Positions 1-9,471 of a DNA stretch of 64,000 nt are shown here, one piece after another (position 1 is the first letter of the stretch; each line of letters starts with the position of its first letter). The DNA is from Chloroflexota bacterium (GTDB lineage Bacteria > Chloroflexota > Limnocylindria > P2-11E). Below the pieces are notes generated by a model. That model searched no databases. It had not been told where the DNA came from and saw nothing but the letters and a program-made list of their open reading frames with translations. The position numbers were made by a program, and so were the translations under genes. The stretch is from assembly GCA_005889405.1 (NCBI GenBank), contig VBFY01000056.1:46389-110388 (forward strand), read 5' to 3'.

Positions 1-111
1 AACCGGCCCCATCCGCTCTTCGCGAGCTTCATCGATTCAGCGCTCGCCTTCGCGCGCGCGAACGGGCGCGCCGAGGCTTCGGCACCGATGCTGCAGGAGA
101 CCCACCGATGA
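1..111 (+). CDS. 3' end of an unidentified upstream CDS (partial)
   Basis: Frame 1 is open from the window edge (...FASFIDSALAFARANGRAEASAPMLQETHR*). Its stop TGA at 109-111 overlaps the tal ATG at 108-110 (ATGA coupling). Confidence 0.3.
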   Translation, partial: NRPHPLFASFIDSALAFARANGRAEASAPMLQETHR

Positions 112-806
112 AGCTCTTCCTCGACACAGCGGAATACGACGAGATCAAGGCGGGGGTCGAGTGGGGCGTCATCGATGGCGTGACCACGAACCCGACACTG
201 ATCGCGAAGGCCGGACAGGATCACGAGACGCAGGTGAAGCGGATCTGCGGGCTCATCGGCAACGTGTCCGCCGAATGCGTAAGCGAAAAGCGTGACGACA
301 TGATCGTGGAGGGCCGCCGCATCGCCGCGTGGCACAAGAACGTCATCGTGAAGGTGCCGCTGACGCCCGACGGTCTCGGAGCCGCGAAGATCCTCGCGGG
401 CGAGGGCATCCGCATCAACGTCACGCTCTGCTTCTCGGTGAATCAGGCGCTGCTCGCGGCCGCCGTCGGCGCGTACATCGTCAGTCCGTTCGCCGGACGG
501 CTCGACGACATCAACGAGGACGGCATGCGTGTCGTGGCCGACATCGTCTCCGCATATCGGCAGCAGGAGATCAAGACGAAGGTGCTCGCGGCTTCGATCC
601 GCAACCCGATGCACGTCACGCAGGCCGCGCTCGCGGGGGCGGACATCGGCACAATGCCATTCGCGGTGCTGAAGATGCTCTTCAACCATCCGCTCACGGA
701 AGCCGGACAGAAGAAGTTCCTCGAGGACTACCGCAAGACGCAGGAGGCGAGGCCTGCGGCCCCGGCTGGCAAGCCCGTAACGCCTGAGGCCGCGACGAAG
801 CGCTGA
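108..806 (+). CDS. tal: transaldolase (short Tal/FSA family)
   Basis: 232 aa. The N-terminus MKLFLDTAEYDEIK...GVTTNPTLI and the KVPLT and SPFAGRLDD motifs are typical of short transaldolases. There is a C-terminal Pro/Ala-rich tail. Confidence 0.9.
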   Translation: MKLFLDTAEYDEIKAGVEWGVIDGVTTNPTLIAKAGQDHETQVKRICGLIGNVSAECVSEKRDDMIVEGRRIAAWHKNVIVKVPLTPDGLGAAKILAGEGIRINVTLCFSVNQALLAAAVGAYIVSPFAGRLDDINEDGMRVVADIVSAYRQQEIKTKVLAASIRNPMHVTQAALAGADIGTMPFAVLKMLFNHPLTEAGQKKFLEDYRKTQEARPAAPAGKPVTPEAATKR

Positions 807-889
807 AGATCGACTAGTACTTCCGGCGTCGCGATCTGCTAGCCGTCCGACACCGAGGCGCTCGCGGTCCATCCATAGAGTCGCGCCAC

Positions 890-1699
890 ATGGCAGCGAA
901 ACGCTGGGACTTCCGCGACGAGGATCTCCGCCGTTATTCCGTCGAGCTCGAACACCGGGTCCTGTCCGGCGACCGCAGGATCATCGTCAACGGTCGCGAG
1001 GTCTTCCACGGCGGCAAGTTCTTCGACACCGCCGGCGAGCACGCCTTCGACGTCGACGGGCACAGTGCACGTGTGCGCATCGGCAGCAACGGATTCGGCT
1101 ACACCTACCACCTCGTCGTCGACGGGCTCGCAATCCCGCCAGAAGGGGCGACGATCCCGCGTGCGCCGCGATCCGCGGTGGTCGATGTCGCAGCAGCGCC
1201 CGCACCCGACCGCGCCGTGGTGGAGCAGCCGGTCCTCGCCGCGCTCGCAGGGGGGCCGGACCAAACCGCTCTCAAACGCGTCGCGCTCGTGCGACGGGTG
1301 CGGAGCGGTGGCCGCTGGTTCTATTGGATCGCGGGATTCTCCGCCGTCAACTTCGCCTTCTTCTTCATGGGGAGCAGCACGGGCTTCGCGCTGGGCACCG
1401 CGATCGACTGGTTCCTCCAGAGGATCCTCGAAGATGTCGCAGGCCCATCCGTGGCTTGGATCGCGCACGTTGCCGTCATCGCGTTCTTCGCGTTCCTCGG
1501 CGTTCGCGCGACGGCCGGAGCGCAGTGGGCGTTCGTCCTCGGCGGTCTCGTCTACACCATCGACGGTCTGCTCCTGCTACTGGTCGGCGACTGGATCGGG
1601 ATCGTCGTCCATGCCATTGCCCTGTTCGCGATCGTGAGCGCGATCGTCAGCCTTCGCCAGCTGCGCTCCACGCCGGCGACGTCGCTCTCGTCGACCTGA
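890..1699 (+). CDS. membrane protein with an N-terminal FAIM1-like beta-sandwich domain and a C-terminal 4-TM region
   Basis: Residues ~5-85 (WDFRDEDLRRYSVELEHRVLSGDRRIIVNGREVF...AGEHAFDVDGHSARVRIGSNGFGYTYHLVVDG) align to the FAIM1 repeat pattern W.L..DG..F.I.LE....W.NG...ETAGEF...G....F.IG...Y.Y.L.VD. The C-terminal 130 aa are hydrophobic (4 predicted TM helices). Confidence 0.5.
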   Translation: MAAKRWDFRDEDLRRYSVELEHRVLSGDRRIIVNGREVFHGGKFFDTAGEHAFDVDGHSARVRIGSNGFGYTYHLVVDGLAIPPEGATIPRAPRSAVVDVAAAPAPDRAVVEQPVLAALAGGPDQTALKRVALVRRVRSGGRWFYWIAGFSAVNFAFFFMGSSTGFALGTAIDWFLQRILEDVAGPSVAWIAHVAVIAFFAFLGVRATAGAQWAFVLGGLVYTIDGLLLLLVGDWIGIVVHAIALFAIVSAIVSLRQLRSTPATSLSST

Positions 1700-1704
1700 T
1701 CGCG

Positions 1705-2817
1705 CTAGCCGCGGCGGGGTGCCTCCGTCAGCAGCAGATCGCGCAGATCAGCGCCCGCGATGCCACAGAGATCGAGAACGCAGAGCAGTAGCGCAGCCTC
1801 GTCCGAATCGGCGCGTCCGGTCTTGATCGAGATGTCGGTGGCATAGAGCGCCTCGTACGCGCGCGCGATATCAGAGCGGCTGAGACCCCGCGCATGCTGC
1901 ACGTAGCGAAGGATCGCGCCCGGTGAGGATCGGATCGCCTTCGCCTGACGTTCGGCGTCGGCGCCCGACGGCGCCGTCGACGCGAAGAGCAACACGCGGA
2001 ACTGCCAGAGGAGCAAAGCGAGGATCTGCTGCGGCGCATTCCCTTCGGCGAGAAGACGCTCGAGAAGCGGCACCGCCTCGCGATGGTTCCGTCGAACGAC
2101 CGCTTTCGTGAGCTCGAAGATGTCCGACTCGATAGCGCCGCTCACCAGTGCGCGGACGTCCGCGGCGGTCACTGGCGCGCCATTCGCGTAGGCGCCCAGC
2201 TTCTGCACTTCGTTTTCGATGCGTTCGGTATCGGGGCCAAGGGCAAAGGCGAGCGCGTCCATCGCGTCCGGCTGCAGCGCGACGTTGTGCAGTCGCGCGC
2301 GGGCGGCGATCCAGCCCTTCACCTCGAACGGCAGGAGACGCTCGATCCGCTGCGCGCGACCGCCGATCTCCTGCACCGCATCCGGCAGCGCAAGCTCCGC
2401 CGTCGCGCCCGGTTTCGCACGTCCGCGTGTCCGACCGCGAGCGGAGCGAAGAGCCTCGACGGCGACCAGCACGAGCGCCGACTCGCTCGGGAACGACGCC
2501 AGAAAGTCGGCGCTGCTGAGCGACTCGGCGTGTTCCACGAGCACCACCTGATGCTCGTCCACCGCCGCGAAGAGACCCTGCGACTGCCCGGCCATTGTGA
2601 TGGCATCGACCGGATCCGAGCGCGCGTCGAGCCGCGTCAGTCCGAGCGCGCCACCGAGCTGCGGCGATCGCCGCTGCGAGAGATCGCCCGGCTCGCCCCC
2701 TCCGCCGGCGAGCAGTGATCCGACGAGCTCACCGACGCGCAGGCGCGTACGGAACGGATCCTCGCCGTGGAGGAGGAAGACCATTCGCGTGGGCGCGGAC
2801 CACGAGGCCTGGGCCAT
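1705..2817 (-). CDS. holA: DNA polymerase III delta subunit
   Basis: ~370 aa with delta-subunit-like helical architecture. It sits in the conserved comEA-comEC-holA order and overlaps the comEC 3' end. The exact start is uncertain (possibly MVFLLHGEDPF). Confidence 0.7.
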   Translation of the reverse strand: MAQASWSAPTRMVFLLHGEDPFRTRLRVGELVGSLLAGGGGEPGDLSQRRSPQLGGALGLTRLDARSDPVDAITMAGQSQGLFAAVDEHQVVLVEHAESLSSADFLASFPSESALVLVAVEALRSARGRTRGRAKPGATAELALPDAVQEIGGRAQRIERLLPFEVKGWIAARARLHNVALQPDAMDALAFALGPDTERIENEVQKLGAYANGAPVTAADVRALVSGAIESDIFELTKAVVRRNHREAVPLLERLLAEGNAPQQILALLLWQFRVLLFASTAPSGADAERQAKAIRSSPGAILRYVQHARGLSRSDIARAYEALYATDISIKTGRADSDEAALLLCVLDLCGIAGADLRDLLLTEAPRRG

Positions 2818-4774
2818 CGAGCGTGACCTCCACCGTCCCGTCGCGATCGGTCCGGAACGTCGTGATGCGACTCAGAGCCGCGAGCGTCTCCGGCGTGGGA
2901 TGACCATACCGGTTCCCGGCGCCGACCGAGATGAGCGCGACCTCCGGGCGCACCGCGTCGACCAGGGCGACGCCGTGCGGTGTCGCGGCGCCGTGGTGCG
3001 GCGGCACATACACGCGCGAATGCAGGCCCTCGGGATGCAGCAGCAGGTCCGCGAGTGCCTCATCGGTCGCGTCGCCCATGAAAAGCGCGGAGAAACGGCC
3101 GCGCTCGATCCGGAGGATGAGCGAGGGCGTGTCGACGCGGGGATCGGCCTCGGGCGAGAGCACGCTGATCACCGCTGCGCCGACCTGGAGCCGCTGTCCC
3201 GCGCGCACCGCCCGCCGCTCGGCGTGCGCGCGCGCGATGCCGTCCGCCCAGAGATCCGCCAGCGGACCCCCGTTCAGACCGACCGGCTCGAGTGTCATCC
3301 CGACCTCATAGCGATCGAGCGCTGCGATGAGACCCGCGCCGTGATCGAGGTGCGCGTGCGTCAGAGCGAGCACGTCGATGCGGCGCCGCCACGGTGGAAG
3401 GCTCGCGCCGAGCTCCTCCATGAGACGCGCGGGATCGGGACCGCCGTCGATGAGCATGGTCGCGCCGCCGACCTCCACCAGATACGCATCGCCCTGACCG
3501 ACGTCGAGCGCGCGCACGCGTACGTCTGGATCGGCGTTCGGCCAGGCGAGCACTCCCGCGACGACCAGTACGGGCACCGCGAAGAGGGCCGCGCGCGGCG
3601 CGGCGACCGCAGGCAGCGCGATCCGCGGGACATGCAGATGACCGCGGAGGAGCGGCGCGCCGCGCACCGCCACGACCAGGGCCAGACCAACGACCGCCCC
3701 GGTCACCGGACCGGACGGCACGCTGACCGCCGCGACCGGCAGTGCCGCAAACGACTCGACGACGGTGCGCAGAGCCAGCGCGCACCCGTAGGCAACGAGC
3801 GCGACGGGCCGCGCGAGATCGAGCGACAGGACGCCGACCACGCTCGTGAGTGCGCCCGCGAACATGAGGGGCGGGAAGAGCGGCACCGCGACGAGGTTCG
3901 CGATCGGCGATATCAGCGACACTCGCCCGAACGCGGCCGCGACGACCGGCAACGTGGGCGCGCTGGCCGCGAGCGTCGTCGCGAGGCCCTCACGCAGCGC
4001 GCCGGGTAGACGTGCGAAGCGCGCGGAAAGCGGCGCCTGCCACAGCACCAGGCCCGCCGTGGCGCTGGCCGACAGCAGAAAGCCGAGGTCAGCGATCGCG
4101 GCTGGGTCCGCGAACAGCATCGCCGTGACCGCGACGTAGAGCGCGTTCGCGGTGGCCGCGCGCCGTCCCGAGGCGAGTCCGCACGATGCGACCGACGCCA
4201 TGAGCGCGGCACGCATGACGCTGGGCGCAAGCCCGACGAGCAGGCTGTAAGACACGATCGCCGCGACGGTCGCGACGGCGCGCGCAATAGGACGCGCGCG
4301 GCCGCGTAGCGCAAGCGCGACCGCGGTGCCGACGAGCGTCATGTTGAAGCCGGAGATCGCGAGGAGGTGCGTCGTGCCACTCACTGCGAACGCGTACGCG
4401 AGATCGGGCGAGACGCTGGCGCGTTCGCCGAGCACGATCCCGAGCAGGATGCCGCTCTCCGGCTCGGGCACGAGCACGCGGAGCGGACGCGCGAGATCCG
4501 CGCGCAGCCCATCCAGGGACACGAGCTGCGCGACGTCGACGCCGGGCACGGGACCGAGCACGAGGCGCAGCGACACGCCGACCGCGGACGCGCAGGCGCA
4601 GGCCCAGAGCGCTCGGCGCGGACGATCGGCGCTGGCAACCGCGAACGCCGCGCACGCGATCGCGCTCACCGCGCCGAGCACGAGCGCGAGCGGCGTCGAC
4701 GCGCGCGCAATGACCGCGATGCAGATCGCGACGAGCGCGGCAGGGAGGAGCGGCGCGACCAGAAGGATGCTCAC
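2729..4774 (-). CDS. comEC: DNA internalization competence protein ComEC/Rec2
   Basis: 681 aa polytopic membrane protein with a C-terminal metallo-beta-lactamase domain (LTHAHLDHGAGL). It is immediately downstream of comEA. Confidence 0.85.
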   Translation of the reverse strand: MSILLVAPLLPAALVAICIAVIARASTPLALVLGAVSAIACAAFAVASADRPRRALWACACASAVGVSLRLVLGPVPGVDVAQLVSLDGLRADLARPLRVLVPEPESGILLGIVLGERASVSPDLAYAFAVSGTTHLLAISGFNMTLVGTAVALALRGRARPIARAVATVAAIVSYSLLVGLAPSVMRAALMASVASCGLASGRRAATANALYVAVTAMLFADPAAIADLGFLLSASATAGLVLWQAPLSARFARLPGALREGLATTLAASAPTLPVVAAAFGRVSLISPIANLVAVPLFPPLMFAGALTSVVGVLSLDLARPVALVAYGCALALRTVVESFAALPVAAVSVPSGPVTGAVVGLALVVAVRGAPLLRGHLHVPRIALPAVAAPRAALFAVPVLVVAGVLAWPNADPDVRVRALDVGQGDAYLVEVGGATMLIDGGPDPARLMEELGASLPPWRRRIDVLALTHAHLDHGAGLIAALDRYEVGMTLEPVGLNGGPLADLWADGIARAHAERRAVRAGQRLQVGAAVISVLSPEADPRVDTPSLILRIERGRFSALFMGDATDEALADLLLHPEGLHSRVYVPPHHGAATPHGVALVDAVRPEVALISVGAGNRYGHPTPETLAALSRITTFRTDRDGTVEVTLDGPGLVVRAHANGLPPPRRGSVPYAPARR

Positions 4775-4783
4775 AGAGGTGCC

Positions 4784-5335
4784 CTAGCGGGTGGTGACGA
4801 GGTCGCGGATGTCAGAAAGCACGCGAGCCGTTACCAGCCCGCGCGTCTGCAGTTCCTCCACCTTCGTGAACGCCTTCAGCTCGCGCGCGCGCACGATCCG
4901 CGCGGCCGTGCTCGGTCCGATGCCGGGCAGCGACTCGAGCTCCGCGGCGGAGGCGTGGTTGATATCGACTTTGCGTTCTGACTCGCTGCCCACGCTGCCT
5001 GCGGGCGGCGTCTCGCCGTACCGGGGAACGTACACGCGTGCGCCGTCACGAAGCGTCGCCGCCTTGTTCAGGGCGGCGGGGTCGGCGTCAGGCGTGGTCC
5101 CGCCGGCCGCTGCCAGCACATCGGCGACCCGCGCGCCAGAGGCGAGTCGGACGACGCCGGGACGCGCCACCGCTCCTTCGACGTCAACGACGATGAGCGG
5201 CGGCGGTGTCGGCTCGGGTGTGGGTTCGACGACCTCGACCGGCACGGGAGCGGGCGCGCGCGCTCGTACGACCATCACGAGCGCGCCGGCGGCCACGGCG
5301 ACGGTGACGGCGATGACGAGCGGTCGAGGCATCAC
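4784..5335 (-). CDS. comEA: competence protein ComEA (helix-hairpin-helix DNA-binding protein)
   Basis: N-terminal signal anchor, a Pro-rich linker and a C-terminal tandem HhH (DINHASAAELESLPGIGPSTAARIV). Confidence 0.8.
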   Translation of the reverse strand: MMPRPLVIAVTVAVAAGALVMVVRARAPAPVPVEVVEPTPEPTPPPLIVVDVEGAVARPGVVRLASGARVADVLAAAGGTTPDADPAALNKAATLRDGARVYVPRYGETPPAGSVGSESERKVDINHASAAELESLPGIGPSTAARIVRARELKAFTKVEELQTRGLVTARVLSDIRDLVTTR

Positions 5336-5461
5336 CGCAGGTTGGCTGGGTCGCGGCGTCGTGGGAAGCCCCGAGGAGCCTCGCGGCTGTCACACGTTCA
5401 TGTGACGGGGCGCGCGAAAACGCGGTACCGCGATCATGCGCGGGGTCGCTGCCCTCGCGTC

Positions 5462-6219
5462 CTAGACCATCCCACGGGCGGCCCAGGCGAAACTGGCCAG
5501 CTCGAATGGCGCCGGCGGAAGCAGCGCCTTCCACCGTTCACGCAGGTGTCCCTTTTGATCCGGGGTCAGCGCCAAGTAGGCAGCACCAGCAGGCCCGACG
5601 CCATGGCTGAAGGGCTTCCACCACTCATCGAAGCTCGAGTACTTGACGCGCGCCACGAGGACCGCGTCCTCGACATGACGCAGACCGGACCCCTTGAAGA
5701 GCTCGACAAGATGACCTCGGCGGGCGCCAGCCAACGCGGACTCGTCCCGCGTCGTGAGGCCGAGGTCGCGAGCCGCCCGCCAGAACGTGGACACCGGCGT
5801 CCGCTCGCCGGCGTGATCCCAGACGGATGCCACGATGGCACCCTCGCCTCGCGTGACTCGCGCCATCTCGCGCAAGCCGGCACAGGATCGGTCATGAAGT
5901 GAACGACAAGCTGCGCGAGCCCTGCGTCGAAGACGCGGTCGGCGTACGGCAGCCCTTCCGCCGAAGCGCGGCGAACGTCGACGCCGGTGTGTCGCGCACG
6001 CGCGGCCACGACGAAGGATTCGGACGGATCGACCGCCGCGACCGACCCGGCCCCAAGCCGCGTGACCAGCTCGGTCGTGAGAGCGCCCGGACCGCAGCCA
6101 ACATCCAGCGCGCGATCGCCCGACGCTAGCCGCGCCAGATCGACGAGCTGCGGCGCGAGCTGTCGAGAGTGCACGCCCATGAAACGGTCGTAGGCCTCGG
6201 CAGGGAGGGCGAAACTCAC
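5462..6219 (-). pseudogene. class I SAM-dependent methyltransferase, disrupted by a frameshift
   Basis: The N-terminal half (motif I LDVGCGPGALT ... VVHFMTDPV) is in the frame of ORF 5566..6219. The C-terminal half (LREMARVTRGEGAIVASVWD...) is in the frame of ORF 5462..5875. The frames meet near 5880-5895 (cctgtgccggcttg; one G apparently missing relative to the expected DPVAGL). Confidence 0.55.
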
Positions 6220-6250
6220 GCGACGACTCTAGCGTCGTCGATGACGCCGA

Positions 6251-6658
6251 CTAGTTCGCTCGGCGGCGCTCCCCAGGTGGCTGCATCTGCACGATCGACA
6301 CCGGAAGACTGCCGACCGCCTCGCCGTCGACCGTGAGCTCGAACCGGTGCATCCCGTAGGTCGTGAAGCTCATGTTGTTGAGCTCGACGATCACGTTCAC
6401 GTCCTGCCCGGCGACGGCGTGAACGCTGATCTCCGGCGGGTTCGGCATCGACTGCTGCCCGTCCGGCCGCAGGAGACGGACGACGACGTTGTGCGCGCCG
6501 ACCTCGAGGCCGAGGATCGCCACCAGGAACATCCGCGGGTGCTGCGCGGGCAGACCGCTCACGCTGATATTCCGAAAGATCCCCATCAGGCTCACTTTGC
6601 CGTCCTGCCCGACGAGCGCGTGATCGCACAGCGCGCCGAGCCTGATCTCCCCGCTCAT
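6251..6658 (-). CDS. hypothetical protein (~135 aa) translationally coupled to leuS
   Basis: The ATG overlaps the leuS stop (ATGA). The protein MSGEIRLGALCDHALVGQDGKVSLMGIFRNISVSG... has no family recognised by eye. The upstream part of ORF 6251..6922 is the leuS frame overlap. Confidence 0.5.
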   Translation of the reverse strand: MSGEIRLGALCDHALVGQDGKVSLMGIFRNISVSGLPAQHPRMFLVAILGLEVGAHNVVVRLLRPDGQQSMPNPPEISVHAVAGQDVNVIVELNNMSFTTYGMHRFELTVDGEAVGSLPVSIVQMQPPGERRRAN

Positions 6659-9081
6659 TTGGTCACGATACTCACAATGCGGTCCGCCACGACGATCACC
6701 TTCGCGGGCTTCATACCGTCGAGCGTCGCCTGAACCCTCGGACTCGCCAGCGCCTTGCGCTGCACTTCGGCGTCGGGCAGGCCCGCGGGCATCGGGATGC
6801 GATCGCGTACCTTGCCGTCGACCTGAACCACGATCGTGACCTCGCGCGGCGCGGCGACAGCTTCGTCGTACACAGGCCAACGCTGCTGATGGATCGAACC
6901 GGCACCGCCCCGGCGGCGCCACAGCTCCTCGGTGATGTGCGGAGCGAACGGCGCCAGCAGCAGGATCAGCGTCGCGACGCCCTCGCTGCGGCTGGTGCCG
7001 CTCGCGTGCTGGAGCGTGTTGGCCAGCTCCATCATCGCCGCGACCGCGGTGTTGAAGTGATAGTCACCCAGGTCCGCGGTGACCTTCTTGATCGTCCGAT
7101 GCACCGCGCCGTCGACGTCGCCGTCGCGCGCGCTGGCAGGACCCGGCTCGGTCAGGCCCAGCTCCCATACCCGCCAGAGGAAGCGATGCACGCCTTCGAT
7201 CCCGGAGGCGTTCCAGTCCGCGCCGTCGACCCACGGGCCCATGAACATCATGAACAGCCGCAGCGTGTCGGCACCGTACCGCCTCACGTAGTCGTCGGGC
7301 GTCTGCACGTTGCCGCGCGATTTCGACATCTTGCGGCCCTTGAAGACGATCGTCCCCTGGTACCGGAAGCGGATCACCGGCTCGTCGAAGGGCAGCTCTC
7401 CGAGGTCGCGCAGCGCTTTCGTCATGAAGCGCATGTACAGCAGGTGCAGGATCGCGTGCTCGACGCCCCCGGTGTACTGCTGAACCGGCAGCCACTTCCG
7501 GCCGACTGTCTTGTTCATGAAGGCTGTGTCGATCTTCGGATCGACGTAGCGGTACATGTACCAAGACGAGTCGACGAACGTGTCCATCGTGTCGGTGTCG
7601 CGGCGCGCCGGCTTCCCGCACTTCGGGCACGTCGTGTTCACGAAGGAGGCGACGCGCGCCAGCGGTGAGCCGCCTCGTCCGGTGATCTCGACGTCGCGCG
7701 GCAGCTCGACGGGCAGCTGGTCATACGGGACCGGAACGGCGCCGTCGGTTTCACAGTGCACGATCGGGATCGGCGTACCCCAGTAGCGTTGTCGTGAGAT
7801 CAGCCAGTCGCGTAGGCGATATATGACCGACGGCTTGCCGACGCCGCGCTTTCGCGCCTCCTCGGCGACAGCCTGCTTCCCCACCTCGCTGCGCGTCCCG
7901 GTGAACGGGCCGCTGCGCACCATCACGCCCTCGCCGATGTACGGCTCGTCCAACCGCGCGTGCTCCGCGCCGTCGGGCGAGACGACCTCGCGGATCTCCA
8001 GCGCGTATTTCTTCGCGAAGGCAAAGTCCCGCTCGTCATGTCCCGGAACGGCCATGATCGCGCCGGTCCCGTAGGTCGACAGCACATAGTCGGCGACGTA
8101 GATCGGTATCCGCTCGCCGGTGAACACGTTGCGCGCGAACGCGCCGGTGTCGACCCCGGTCTTCTCGCGCTCGGCCGAGGTCCGCTCGATCTCCGCCATG
8201 TTCCGCGCGTGTTCGACGTAACGATCCACCTCCGCGCGCTTCGCGGACGTCGTGATCGTCGCGACCAGCGGGTGCTCGGGCGCCAGCACCATGAACGTCG
8301 CGCCGTAGATCGTGTCTGGTCGCGTCGTGAAGAAGCGGATCTCCTCGCCGGAGCTACCCTCCACTGGGAAAGCGATCTCCGCGCCCTCCGAGCGGCCGAT
8401 CCAGTTCGTCTGCAGGACCCGCACGCGCTCCGGCCAGTCCAGGCCCTCGAACTTCAGCAGCTCGTCCGCGTAGTTCGTGATCTTGTAGAACCACTGCGTC
8501 ATCTGGCGCTTCACGACGAGCGTGTCGCAGCGCTCGCAGTGTCCGTTGATCACCTGTTCGTTGGCCAGGACCGTCTCGTCGCGGGGGCACCAGTTCACCG
8601 CGGCCTCGCCCCGGTACGCCAGGCCCTTCTCGTACAGCTTCAGGAACATCCACTGGTTCCAGCGGTAGTACTCCGGATAGCAGGTGATGACCTCGCGGCG
8701 CCAGTCGATCGCGGTGCCCATGCGGCGGAACTGCTCGCGCATGTGGGCCATGTTCTTTTCCGTCCACACCGCGGGGTGGATCTTGCGATCGATGGCCGCG
8801 TTCTCCGCATTGATCCCGAAGGCATCGAAGCCCATGGGGAACAGCACGTTGTGACCTCGCATGCGCATGAAGCGCGCGGCGGCGTCCGGAGGCGCGAACG
8901 CGTACCAGTGGCCGACGTGGATGTCGCCCGAGGGATACGGGAACATCGTCAGGAAGTAGAAGTTCGGGCGATCGCTGTCATCCGGGGTGTCGTGAAGGCC
9001 GGAGCGCACCCACTCTTCCTGCCACTTCGCCTCGATGCTCGCCGGCTCGTATTTTTCTATCCGCTGCTTCGCCACCGCCAT
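6655..9081 (-). CDS. leuS: leucine--tRNA ligase
   Basis: The HIGH-region is present as HVGHWYAFAPPD and KMSKS is also present. The CP1 and anticodon-binding regions follow the LeuS pattern. The start is placed at ATG 9081 (MAVAKQRIEKYEP...) with SD aaaggagg. The ORF track extends 17 codons further upstream. Confidence 0.95.
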   Translation of the reverse strand: MAVAKQRIEKYEPASIEAKWQEEWVRSGLHDTPDDSDRPNFYFLTMFPYPSGDIHVGHWYAFAPPDAAARFMRMRGHNVLFPMGFDAFGINAENAAIDRKIHPAVWTEKNMAHMREQFRRMGTAIDWRREVITCYPEYYRWNQWMFLKLYEKGLAYRGEAAVNWCPRDETVLANEQVINGHCERCDTLVVKRQMTQWFYKITNYADELLKFEGLDWPERVRVLQTNWIGRSEGAEIAFPVEGSSGEEIRFFTTRPDTIYGATFMVLAPEHPLVATITTSAKRAEVDRYVEHARNMAEIERTSAEREKTGVDTGAFARNVFTGERIPIYVADYVLSTYGTGAIMAVPGHDERDFAFAKKYALEIREVVSPDGAEHARLDEPYIGEGVMVRSGPFTGTRSEVGKQAVAEEARKRGVGKPSVIYRLRDWLISRQRYWGTPIPIVHCETDGAVPVPYDQLPVELPRDVEITGRGGSPLARVASFVNTTCPKCGKPARRDTDTMDTFVDSSWYMYRYVDPKIDTAFMNKTVGRKWLPVQQYTGGVEHAILHLLYMRFMTKALRDLGELPFDEPVIRFRYQGTIVFKGRKMSKSRGNVQTPDDYVRRYGADTLRLFMMFMGPWVDGADWNASGIEGVHRFLWRVWELGLTEPGPASARDGDVDGAVHRTIKKVTADLGDYHFNTAVAAMMELANTLQHASGTSRSEGVATLILLLAPFAPHITEELWRRRGGAGSIHQQRWPVYDEAVAAPREVTIVVQVDGKVRDRIPMPAGLPDAEVQRKALASPRVQATLDGMKPAKVIVVADRIVSIVTK

Positions 9082-9208
9082 CTGCCGCCTCCTTTCGCCC
9101 GAATACAAAACGCCCTCCGCCCCGCCGGCCACATGCCGGACTCGGGGACGGAAGGCGACTTCCGCGGTACCACCCCTCGTTGAGAACGATCAGTACGCCG
9201 CTTCGCGG

Positions 9209-9280
9209 TGGAGCTGGCGGGATTCGAACCCGCGACCCCCACACTGCCAGTGTGATGCGCTCCCACTGCGCCACAGCCCC
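9209..9280 (-). tRNA. tRNA-Ala (anticodon GGC)
   Basis: The reverse complement folds as a cloverleaf: acceptor GGGGCUG/CAGCUCC with a G3:U70 wobble (the Ala identity element), D-arm GCGC-AGUGGGA-GCGC, anticodon arm UCACA-CUGGCAG-UGUGG (anticodon GGC), T-arm GCGGG-UUCGAAU-CCCGC and discriminator A. CCA is not fully encoded. Confidence 0.85.
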
Positions 9281-9471
9281 GATCGCTCTCCGCTCGAGCA
9301 CGCTGATAACGGACGTGACTCCGGCGAGCGCTAGATCCCGAGACTCACGCTCGCGGCTCCCGGGTGAGTTCGGCGTTCCCCGACACCGGCTCGCACCAAC
9401 CGCCGGCTCTCTTCGTCAGGGGTTTCGCGTACTGCTCCCGATCGCGGCCTTTCGAAGCAAAGTATAGGCGG

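Noticed and set aside
2597-4009. 470-aa plus-strand ORF (and several other plus or minus ORFs between 2000-4800)
   Set aside because: Antisense to comEC and holA, with an Arg-rich composition and no motifs.
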